Part shown: positions 1 to 11,503 of the stretch, in pieces
How the letters are laid out: each line of letters opens with the position of its first letter
How positions within the stretch are numbered: position 1 is the stretch's first letter
NCBI RefSeq assembly: GCF_041956535.1
Contig: NW_027192220.1
Coordinates: 133,037-183,852 of the forward strand
Length of the DNA stretch: 50,816 bases
From: Calcarisporiella thermophila CBS 279.70
Taxonomy: Eukaryota > Fungi > Calcarisporiellomycota
Direction of reading: 5' to 3'
Translations under genes and position numbers: made by a program
The notes under the pieces: model-generated
The model's database searches: none
What the model was told of the DNA's origin: nothing
The model's input: the letters and a program-made list of their open reading frames with translations, nothing else

Positions 1-133
1 TTGAATAAGAAATCATAAAGGTTACATAAAGAAATCATAAAGGTCTGGTTCGCGATTCTATATGTTTTCACAGCCCTACGATTTCTATAGGTTTTTTAAC
101 CATTTCCTTTATTGGAATTTTTTGTAGGGAGTG
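1..133. mobile_element. Possible right end of a DNA transposon/MITE with subterminal repeats
   Basis: AAGAAATCATAAAGGT occurs twice (7-22, 29-44), with a related inverted copy near 79-95. The segment ends ...GGAATTTTTTGTAGGGAGTG where homology to the paralog begins. The other end lies outside the window. Confidence 0.3.
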
Positions 134-138
134 TCTCT

Positions 139-399
139 TTCAGCGTGCGTGCTAACCATGAAGAGCTTCATAAATAAGTAAAAATCGATATTAATGAAAC
201 TCAAGCCAATTACGATATAAAAGCTGCTGCAGAAATAGTCGAATTCCTTGACTCATGCGCTAATGTTGACATGACTATTCTTGTTCCAGAAAATGCGAAA
301 TCTCTACGGGTAGATTTTCCAAACGCTAATTTTGAAATAGCCGGTCTGCAGATGACAAATTTGTCTTTGAAAGACTATAGGGGTAATATCAAGGCTAAT
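139..399 (+). pseudogene. Disrupted fragment paralogous to exon 3 of the 869-2158 gene
   Basis: Reads FSVRANHEELHK*VKIDINETQANYDI...DSCANVDMTILVPENAKSLRVDFPN, aligning to ...SNDALHNQIKINTNITETSYNL...DSCVNVNITILVPENAKSLKIVFPN of the neighbour. TAA at 175-177 replaces CAA. A GT donor at 400 sits at the homologous position; flanking exons are not recognisable. Confidence 0.8.
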
Positions 400-868
400 G
401 TAGGCATTATTTTCCTACGTAATTTTTCAGCTCTATTTTATTCATATCAAATTTGGAATGATTTAATATGAAATAAATGTTAAGATAAATAAATGATAAA
501 TGTTGTACGCCATTTTAAATGATTCCAATTCAGCTTTGAAATATATGAGTGACGAGATTTCACAGTGATTATCTGTCATCCATGCCTGCTGCCCCTAGAG
601 TGTCCAAAAATCTATCATTTTTCGAAAACATGAGGAGAAAGGTGTAAGAAGCCAGGTAGATGCTCCATTAAAGTTTATTTGTATTGCTATAAAATTTGTA
701 CCATAAAAAGTTCAAAGTTCTACACCTTTAGGTTTGGTACTGTTCCATACTTCGCCTCAACAGCTATAACTTAAAACGTTTCAACAACAGTAGTTACGTG
801 TTGTGACATAGTTCAGGTGCAGGTTTGTATATTCATTTTTCCTAGAAATTGCTCAATCTCAATCAAAA

Positions 869-2158
869 ATGTCGACTAATTTTGAAGCGTTGCCTGAATA
901 TGCAAAGGAGGACAATAAATCATCTCCATCTCCTAACATTAGTCCCAAGCGTCGTATAACACGTCCTCGGATCGCCTTAGTTGTTGCATTTATTTTAGTA
1001 CTTGTAGTGTCAAGCGTGATCTATTTCCAAAATTACGCAAACTATAAGGTATAATAATTCTCTAGACTTGGTTATTGGAATTTTAATAGTAATCTTGCTG
1101 CACTGCTTTGATAGCCAGCCAGAAATTGGGACATAATCTACGATGAAGAATGGTTTCCAAGATGCTTTACCGGCAGAGATTTAAGAGATATAGCTCTGTG
1201 GGGAGGTTCTAGAGCTAAATCCAAAATATTACGAGAGAAATGTTCTGCTTCAATCCCTTGGAATCGTGAGGCTGACTATGTGTATAGTATCGAGCAATCT
1301 AATGTTACCATCAATGTGGGCTGTTTGGTTGGAGTAAGTGTTGTCTGGAACGCTTCGTATATGAGCCATTAACATCTATATTCCAATAGGGTGGCAAAGT
1401 CACTATCAAGAAATCGAGCGATGGCGCTCGTGGCAAAATCTCAATAAGTCCATATGTCAGCAATGATGCACTTCATAATCAAATAAAGATTAACACCAAT
1501 ATCACTGAGACGAGTTACAATCTCAATGTCACTACAGACATATTAGACTTCAAGGATTCATGCGTTAATGTTAACATTACGATACTGGTTCCGGAGAATG
1601 CAAAAAGCCTTAAGATTGTATTCCCTAATGGCGATTTTGATATTAGCGAACTACAGATGGGAATGTTGACATTGTACTCATTTAGAAGCAACGTTGTAGC
1701 TAAGGCATGAATGAATAATTTTACTTGTGAGATTAAATACTAATGAATTCACTAAATAGGATCTTAAATTGAATAATTTATCTGTCGATATAAAGCGTGG
1801 TAGTGTGGATATGAATTCCATTACTACTAATCAGTGCCAGATATCTGGGACCATATTGAAGCTGGGAGTTGGTCCATTCCCAGGCCATGATGCGTACTAT
1901 TCGGTCCAGGGAAATATCGTGGAAATGAAAGTATCCCGCAAATATTTCCGTGGTGCCTTTACTGTAACAGCTTGGGACTTAGATGGGTCAGCATATGTTG
2001 GCCCCCCTGGTAAAGATCTAGTCATAATACAAAATGTTTTCGATGATGTATATGGGAGTATGCACGTTGACGGATCTCTCTATGAGAGCAGAGGAGTCTC
2101 ATTTATGCCTAACCTCTTTTTAACTGCCAAACATTCTTTTGAATTGCGATTCGAATAA
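869..2158 (+). CDS. Type II membrane protein with beta-rich, adhesin/DUF4097-like ectodomain (4 exons)
   Basis: Exons ~869-1048, 1115-1333, 1390-1704, 1760-2158 splice in frame. Single TM (IALVVAFILVLVVSSVIYF) followed by beta-strand-rich repeats (VNVNITILVPE, LSVDIKRGSVDM) and several N-x-T/S sites. Family assignment is inference. Confidence 0.7.
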
Positions 2159-2958
2159 TGCAGTCTTCACTGACAATATTCTTGTCGGATCTAGAGTCAA
2201 AGAATATTGAGAAGCACTTAAATACGTTTTTTTTTACAATACGCTTTTTCAATGCTCATTCCAATTTTTTCGCGTATCTTTTTATTTTATAATTTCCCAT
2301 AAAACGCTAGCACATGTATGTGTAGTTTCAACTAACAACGATTGATTTAGCTATCTTTGAAATATCATTTATGCGATCATACACCAAGTGGGGAGAAAAT
2401 GGGAAGTTTATGGGCAAATTCACAATATTACCACTTGCTTAAACCATTGTGAATATGCTCAATATGGTTTCGAAATAAAACTGTCTCTAAAAGCAAAAGG
2501 TGTTAGTCAATTTCCTTAAAAAAGAAGCGATACTCTCTACCCCTCTAGAGATCACAGGGAATTTATGCTGCGATCCTTTACTATGCATTCAAACGCTAGA
2601 GAAAAAGAGATGAATTCATAACAAGGGCGTAGAAAGAATGCTAGCAGATACGACAAACAGCAACATGAAGATAAGCTTCAAGAAATACGAACACAGTCGA
2701 CAACTTGATTGAATTTTTCCTTCCTCGGTTAGGTATTCTTGCTGTACATATATTTCTCTAACCTTGGTGTCTTGTACTCATCAGCTGCTATAAATCTTAA
2801 ATTTGCTTTTCTGTTTTTATCTTCCACGGATCCTAATGTGCGTTTCTATTCGTAAACTTAATGTTTGTACTTGTGTAAATATCTACAGCTATATAAATTA
2901 TAAATTTTGCGGTAGTGGAAGAAATTTTGAATAGCAATTTTTTCCCCCTCCTTTCACA

Positions 2959-3708
2959 ATGGATACGGCAGATATCTTTAATGAAATGCTAAAGGAATAT
3001 GAGAAGGAAAATCTCAACGCATCCCCAGATAGCCAGAGATCTCCAGGAACAAGCAAAAGAAGTTCTCGATGCATCGCCACTCTGATTATTGCTATTCTTC
3101 TTCTTGTTTATGGGCTGATCTGTTTTTACGCGCATATATATAAGTCGGTAAAATCTTTATTGGCAATGGATGATATTCTAAATAATCTATAATGCTAATT
3201 TATTCTCTTCATCTATTATATAGACACTAGACTCGATTTCACACAAGGTAAATATTTGTATATATGAAGCTTCATAGATAGATTTTGCGTTTTCTAAAGC
3301 AAAACAGCGAGCCAAACAGTTGTGTACTAGGAAATGGAAAGCATTGAAAATATAATAATAATCTAACTTGATTTAATGTAGGTTATTATGCCGGACATTT
3401 CCCAAGCAGGCTGCGCAGAAATCCACTCCCACATCCCAACTGAAAACAAAGAAAAATTAAGAGCGTTCCTCAAGCCATTTTCTTGTATTGGTATCTCTCC
3501 GGCACAGCTGGTTACCGAAGATATCCAAGCTAAATGGGAGGGAAGCATTTCTCTTCTCTCGCAAAAGCTAGCTAACGTTCCCGATTTTACTCTGGAGGCT
3601 ATGCTTAGTGAAGAATATTATACGATTAAGATCGGAGAAAAAAACGACACCGACTACGCTTACTTTTCATTGACTCATAAGCTCGGACCCAACGTTAACC
3701 GGTATTAG
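2959..3708 (+). CDS. Small hypothetical type II membrane protein
   Basis: Exon 1 has a TM (IATLIIAILLLVYGLICFY) and ends KS|GTAAAA; 24-nt micro-exon TLDSISHK (~3224-3247); last exon from ~3382 (VIMPDISQAG...) to TAG at 3708. Confidence 0.55.
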
Positions 3709-4030
3709 AGCGCGGCATTCATTCCTTACAAATTTAGATCGAATGATTCTACTATGCTATATTCTTGTATTTTCTAATCTCATTTAATGATATTCGATAA
3801 ACGGATGCCAATATTCCGGTTCTGATTGAACATGATGGCAACTTTCGACTTTTTTTAGCAATGAGAAATGATATTATTATTTCCAAGAAAAAAAAAACAA
3901 TCCATTTAATGTGCTTAAAATATATAACAACATGAAAAGCAAAATTAAGCGCAGTAAATCAAAAAATAAAACGATATTAGTATGCCGAGATAATAGTTTT
4001 CTAAATAAAATGAAACACATGCAGACGAAA

Positions 4031-7000
4031 TCACCTTCCCAACTTCTTCTCCCCATTCACCTCCACCGAGATGTTCCCATTCCAGCCCGTACGAGTAACC
4101 GCATGATCTTCCTTCTGTGGCCGAATCATTCGCCAAAGAAAGAAGAGTTTTCCTACATTCCGTAGTCCCTTCATGATCACCTCTACTTCTTCTTCCTCAC
4201 TTTCCGCCTCGTGGGATAAATGGGTTGTCATCTCAGGCACCTCAAAGGGCACTACCAAGCATTCTGCGGACACGGCAGGGAGTAGCACAGCATCTCCAGG
4301 CAGAACTCTTGCCTTTAACGCTTCCAGTATCTCTCTTCCTACAGGTTTTTCATAGTCCTCTGCGTGGTAATTGACGGCAAGCCGAAAGATTTGTGCAGGT
4401 GATAATGCCCAGCACACATCACTGATGATCTTAATATCATCAAGCGTAACCATCTTTAGCTGTAACATTTTTGCTGCCTGAGTGACATGTTCAAGATGCC
4501 CAGCTGCAGTTCCGATCCCATGAGATCTACACCAGGCAACAAGTCGCTGTATATTTGTTTGGATCTGCATTGCGCGTTTCCAAGAACAAAATCCTTCCCG
4601 TTTAATTACATCGTTAAAGGTGCATACGCCCACGAGACCTAAAATCTCATCGCATAGCTGGCGGGCCACCGCATCAAGGAAGAATTTCCGAATCATTTGC
4701 CACATCCATTCAAGAGATTCTAAAAAGTCATCCATGGTTGCCTGGCTGGACTTAGTGTTGGACGAGTTAGTTATTGCACCGGTTGATCGGCCCTTATCTA
4801 TATGAATAAAAGACTGTGACTCAACGACGGCGGGGATGACGTATGGCTGTAACCATCGTTTTAGTGCAATCACAAGTATGCTATAAACTCGTGTGACCAA
4901 TCTACGAAGTTCGCGTTTGGCTGCCGGAAACATGGGAGTTTGCGAAGAGCCAGCTAGTGAGTGGAGTTCAAGCACATTGCGTAGCCAATATACATTTACA
5001 AGGATGGCCTCTTTACCACGCTTTCGTAAACATTCTTCTTTGATTGCAACGGTTGTATCATTAAGCAACATCTGTGCATACTCTTCATAGCCTAGCAGCC
5101 AGAGTCTGGTCACACATTTCGCGATTACATGTACTGGAAAAAGTAACTGGGGAAGATTTGAGGATTCACTCGAAGCAGAGATACAGTAGGGTGTGCGTAC
5201 AAGATTCAGTATGTCATCGCGCAGTTGGGCAAATCCATCTCTGATCCAATATTTCAATGCGAGAAAAGCAGGATCATGGCGGCCAGTAGATGCGGGAGAA
5301 AGTAATACTGCGTTAATGGGAATACTAGAGATGGATGCGCGTCTAACACTTGTGTGTGTCACAAGTGATAATGAAGGTGTTATAAGTTCTCCGACCTTAT
5401 GGATTGGATGAACAACCGTGTGTCGACGTGAAAGCTGCTGCTTGTTATTAGAAGCACTTTTCCTGGCCTGGCAGTGGGAAAATCCTGTCAACTCTGAGTT
5501 AGGTGAACTTAATGTTGGAACAGATGGCCTTGCAGATGCTAGATCACTTGCTCTTGCGTGTCGCCTCCGATAACCACTGATTGAAAGCTCCGCTTTCAAC
5601 CGTGTGATGTCTTTTCTTAAACGCATCATTCCCTCTACGGTGCCATCGCCATTTACTAGTGACCTCGGGCGAGTAGATAGGTCTTGATGGGGCGGCAGTA
5701 ATTGTTGTAATCGTGCAAGCTCCCGTTCTTTCCTTTGAAGTTCAACCGTTAATCTCACTAGTTCCTCATCGTGTGCTCCCAGTGCCATATCTAAAAGTGA
5801 AGCAGATGTATCCACGCTACTTATGCTATCGGGAGTGTCTGGGCGACGGTTATTGTAGTGCGCAAAATCTGAACGCGAGGACCTAGGACTGGCTATATTA
5901 TATGCTTCTTCTGTCGCACGATACGCACGCTCAACCCGCTCACATTTATCAATCCATGAACGAACACGAGATTCAAGGCGCCCATTGCTATTGACCATCA
6001 TGCGTTGTATATCAAGTTGATCTGATTGAAGTCGGCGCCGACGCCTCTCGGATGCTTCCCGATAGCGCTGAGCTGACAACACGCCCTCGTTAGTCCGGCA
6101 AACTCGCTGAGAAGTTTGTTTTTGTGCGGCCGGTTCAATTAATCTTCCTTGGGTACGAGCATAGTTTCTCCGTGCAGCCCACGCTCTATAAGCAGTCTGA
6201 ATAATAATGGCAGCTCGTACTCTTCGCATTATTGAATAATGCCTGCGCTGAATCCATCTACGGGCTGCTGCCTGTAGCTGAATGGTCGCCCGGCGGATAC
6301 CAGTGTACCGCTTCCAGGCCGTGTAGCCGCGCCAAATTCGCTGAATAGTTGTGGCTGCGAAATTAATTTTAACTAAAACTAAACGTTTCTGCGCAGAGCG
6401 TCGCCGCGCAACGCACTGTAATCGAAGAGCAAGTTCACGCATAAGGACGAACCGGCGTCTGGCTAAAAATGCAAGAACGTTCTTCTGAATGATTGTAGCT
6501 TTCGAGTTCAGAAGCTCGACGCGTCTACCCTCAAGCATCGCTATCTGGTGGGAGCGAAAAAATATTTTTGTGCTACCTAATTGATATTGACCATCTTTGC
6601 GCAGGCCAGTTGCATCAAGTATTCGGGACAGGCTCTCTTGCATATCTCGGCTTCGCTGTTCAGGCGGAAGAAACATATAAAATCTAGTAAAGTAAACCGA
6701 AAAGAAGCCATAACAAATTAAATGAATACAGGTCGAAAATGGCAATATGAAAATCTACCTGTCCGTAAACTCCTCAAATGTCCATCGTACAGGGTATCCT
6801 GCACAACTTATGCGAACTGTCTCCAGTACTCCGCAAGCGCGCAATTGATCAAGCACCATCACTGGGTTAAAATTCCAGGCGGATTTCTGCTCGTTGGGCT
6901 TGACACATCTCACATAGTGTACGTTGGTGGCGCGGATGGCATCCATCAGTCCGATAAGAGAAGCTTTAAAAATTGAGCTGAGCGTGGGTTTTTTGAGTGC

Positions 7001-9679
7001 AATACTGGCTCTTTTTGAACTCGAGTCCTATTTATGAGAGGATATGTGCTGTCAAATACAACGATGAATAGCTCGTAAAAATCATTTCTAGTTTTACCGT
7101 AGGTGAAGTAGATGAGATGGTTTTTGATAAAACTTCTCGTAAAAATTCAAACTTGGTAGCTTGGAGCATAGCCAAATGCTCTTCTGGTAGTGTGTCTCGA
7201 TTCTTTTCGAGGAAACCCTCTGCATCGTATGTAACATCATAGGCATAGTGTGATATTGTAAATGCATTACCACTGAAACGCGGTTTCTGAAAGTAGCGAG
7301 CATGGCTTGGCAAATTAAATTGTTGATAGAGCTTCATACACAGACTGTGGTCTGAGCCTGATGGCATACGCGACTCCTCGTCAAGCAATGAGAGTATCCC
7401 AAGTTTGCCTTCAATCATTTCAAGGCACGGTTCGTTGTCACTGTATTCAATCATTGTCCAGTCGATATTCTCACGAATATATTCCTAAATATGGAGAAAA
7501 TTTTAGCTTAAAACTTGAAACTATACACTGATATTCAAAAACAAGTACGATACCTCTTGTTCTAACCTCAAAACCCGCTGATTAAACTATAATCCATAAA
7601 TGTTAGCTTTCTTCTAAAAACGCAGAGGTTAAAATTATTCACCTCCTGTTGAAGTTTTTCATTAGCATAATTAATGCACAACTGTTCAAACGAGTTTTTC
7701 TTAAAGTGTTCAAAACCATATATATCCAACACTCCAATGAATGATTTTGCGCGATCTCCACCACGGCGATGATGCTCTGCCAAACTCTCGTTGACCACTA
7801 GGACTAACCACTCAAATACATGAGCATATACATACTTTACAACCGAATCACGTACAACCATGGCTTGCGCAGGTTGTAAATTCGTCACAATTCGTTCCGA
7901 ACGAGTCGCAATCTGCCGGCGCACTATCCAGCGACGAAACTCGCCTGCATCCACGCCAAGTAATTGTGCTGCGTGTATTAAATGGGAATCATCTTCAGAA
8001 ACGGAGGCTTCTCCACGTCCACCAATCTGTATATTCCCCACATGAAGTAATGCTGCTAGCAATTGAAATATCGAATGCTGAAGTTCGAGCGAGATACCGA
8101 TGGTAGAAAGAGCATGACGTGTAACCTGAAATTCATATGCGTCATCGACTCCGCTGATAGTTCCGACCCCGCCCTGATTGAGATAATAAAAGTGGTTGTA
8201 TGTGGAGAGATGAAAAATTTCCTTCTCATCTGGTGTAGCACCGGCACACAACTACACATAAAAAAGTCAGCAACTTCGAAGATTCACAAACTACTCTGAA
8301 TATGTCACCTGGTAGAAAACATGATAATTGCGCTCAAATTCTGGTTGGTATACTAATCGAGATCGCTCCAAAAGATATGTTTTAATCTTTGCTCCGATGA
8401 TATTCGCATCTTTGTCAAATTGTATCTTCACACCAGAAAAATAGATGAAAAACATTCAATGCAAATAAAAATAAGTCAGATAGAAGCCATTTAATAATAC
8501 CTCAATGAATTTGCCAAATCGCGAGCTATTATCGTTTCTTGTTGTCTTGGCGTTTCCGAAGGCCTCCATGATTGGGTTAGTAGCTAGTGTAGATTTTGGC
8601 ATCAATATTAAGTGCATTAGAAAAAATACGATTAAATATTTAAGTACATCCTTACCAAGTATTTGCTCTTCTACCTTTGTCATTCCGCTCGAGTCTCTTT
8701 CGGCTTTTATGGAAATTTTTTGGATTGATCTTGCCTTTCCATGATTTTCAGCAGTTGCAAAATATCGCATTATGTATTTTGCACTAACTGTTTTACCAGC
8801 ACCACTAAAAATATTGAAATGCCAAACTTTCAATAAAAATACTAAATATAGGCACTGATTTGGCAGGTTACCTTTCACCCGATACAATGATGGTTTGATT
8901 TTTATCCTCACGTATCATACACCGGTAAGCATCTTCCGCAATAGCAAATAAATGAGGCGGTAGATCCTCTCGTTTTCCTCCTGAATACGCGTGGACCATG
9001 TCAGATTCATAGAGCTTTACATGTTCAAACGGGTTCACGGCAATTAGGACGATTCCGGAGTAGGTATAGATATTTCCTTCGGCGTATCTTGTTTGAATTG
9101 TGTGTAATACTAAAGAATAATTATAATACATTACAAGTGGTTAGCTAAGAGATATTGGATATAAAAAAAATGTCCAATATACTTGAGGGTTCATTTAAAT
9201 AGGCAAGGCGAGTTAGGTCATCGGTTGATTCTAGATGTGGAGGATTGCGTAGTGGGGGTAAAATGTTGACATCATTCTTGCTAAGATCCGATATTGACAA
9301 AACAAGGCGATGTCTCTATATGCAGGTGTATATCAATTCATTAAATAACCGTAAAGTAGTCAACACTTCAAGAAAATAAGATGGCGTTGGCAGGTTTTCG
9401 CCATCGAACTTCAAAGAAAATCGTAATGATAATTGTAATCACCAATGTAATATAAAAGCAACAGCTCTCTCTCTCTAACCCAAGTACATAATTTCACACA
9501 TATAATATCATCCAGTGAATAGCACTTACCATTCCAGTATCATCTTCAATTTCAAATTGCGCGCGATTTTCGGAAGGCCAGACCTGCTTTGCCAGCAACT
9601 GCGCACCTACCCACCCACCCTCACCATCTCCTAACCACACATGTGTACCTTTCACATATGCATCCAGGATAGCTACCAT
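4031..9679 (-). CDS. Class V myosin (Myo2-like motor, IQ neck, DIL/dilute cargo domain), divergent paralog
   Basis: Spliced P-loop GESGAGKT (8870/8804), [85 protein letters not shown] motifs, and C-terminal [22 protein letters not shown] (DIL). About 10 exons. Confidence 0.93.
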
Positions 9680-11503
9680 TTTTGTAACTTGAGTTGGTTC
9701 CCCTTTGCGAGCAACACCTCGCCCACTTGAATTATTAAGTTCAAATAATAGCCCCTTCTATATCAAAACAACACTGTCTATTATTGTTCTCTCCCTCTTG
9801 ATTAAGCCTAGATTGCTCTGATCGCGATTGATGATTAACTAACAATCAATGAAAACTATGAGGCAATGAACAAGTTAACTTTTGCAGAAAAAAAAAATGA
9901 GAAGCACGGTCAACAGCTCCGATCGGCGAATAATTCTTATGGACGTCACGCGTCTGCGTCGACAATTATATAGTGACAATCATATCATTGAATTAAGAGT
10001 GTTCAATAATTCTTAAAATATTTTAAGGCGTTAGAGTCACTAAAAGCCGACTAATATAATCAAAAATTAGCAAAATAGTTGTGGAAATATAAGCCTAAGC
10101 ACAAGAGTCGTATAAAATTCGATATTTAAAACGATATAGAGTTTAAAACTTCGTATTTTTATAATAAATTACGTGTCAATCTCTCCGTTTCTCATGCCAT
10201 CTGCATGCAACGGAAAGACGACTCCCCTGGGATAGTTTCGTCATCTGGGTAAAAAGAAGAGTGTTCGGTGTTGGTTCGTTAAAAGAGTTATACAATTACC
10301 GGTGTGATTTTATTATGCATCATCGAAGTATTAGTACATGAAGCATTACTAAATCTTGTTGGGCATGCCCTATTTATAAGATTATTTTTGTATTTCTCCG
10401 TCTGCATTTTTGCGATCGAAAATACAGTAGAGTGACAATTGAAAAATAGACTGCGGTCTACATCCGCAGTCCATACTTTACGATGACAAGGCCGTTTATT
10501 GGATAAAAAGAAAATATCTTGCCACCATAAAAGTGGCTTACTTAGGTTGCACATTTGCTCAAACTTCTTTGAATCGAATTTGGCTATTTTAAGTATTACA
10601 TGCATCAAAATTGATTTTAGAGAATTTCAAACTTACCGATAATAGCTTAAATCTAGGGTATGCTAAATATATTTTACGTTAAAGAATAGTTCTTTAAATC
10701 TATTTAATGATATCACGGTGGACATGTTTTTCTAGCAATTCCAGATAAGTAAGCATAATCTCTTGCCGGGACGACAAGAGACTATGATTGGGAGGCAATT
10801 TAACCATTTTGTAACAAACGAAATTTACAATTATTTCATGCACCAAATGAAATCTGCCGTAATCATTCATTAAGCGAATTGAAATGTGTATCTGAACAGG
10901 ATGTCGACGATGATATAAACCTTAACTGGACAGTCTATGCACTACTCAAAAAATAGCTAGTCTTTTTCTTCTCATTCATAGGATTCCATCACATCGGCAA
11001 CTGATATTTATTCTAATTTTAAAGCATCCTCGTATATAACGATATACTAAATAATACGACGCGCGATTATATCTGAAGTCCTTTATTTAACCTCCAAATT
11101 TAAGCTAATTTATTTTTCAACTATTCTATCATGAAAATGGTAGGACATTTTGAGTCGATGGCACTATTTATAAATCGTGACTAACGGAAGCTATGGCACA
11201 AAAGGAGTTAAAATTGATGATCTTTATTGGTTTAATCATAGTCGCCATTAAAAAATAAGCCTTCGATAAAGTGCATACAATTGCTCTATTTCAAAGTAAG
11301 CGCTGTCAGCATTGACGGTACTTTCACAAAACCGTTCTAATAGATGAACAAGGAATTTCAATGAAGGAGTTTAGGTATATAGTTGACACATTAATGTAAT
11401 CTTTTTAAGAATAAATACTGTGTTTGGTACTTATATGACTTGAACAATAAATAATCTCTGAAGCAATATCGTGGCTGGAAAATCATTACGTGTAAGTGTA
11501 TAA

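Noticed and set aside
10449-10471. 8-bp GC-rich hairpin GACTGCGG/CCGCAGTC as a Helitron end
   Set aside because: No CTRR terminus at the expected distance on either strand; one 8-bp stem is near chance.
10288-10608. 106-aa minus-strand ORF
   Set aside because: Non-ATG start, AT-rich, no motifs or convincing splice context.
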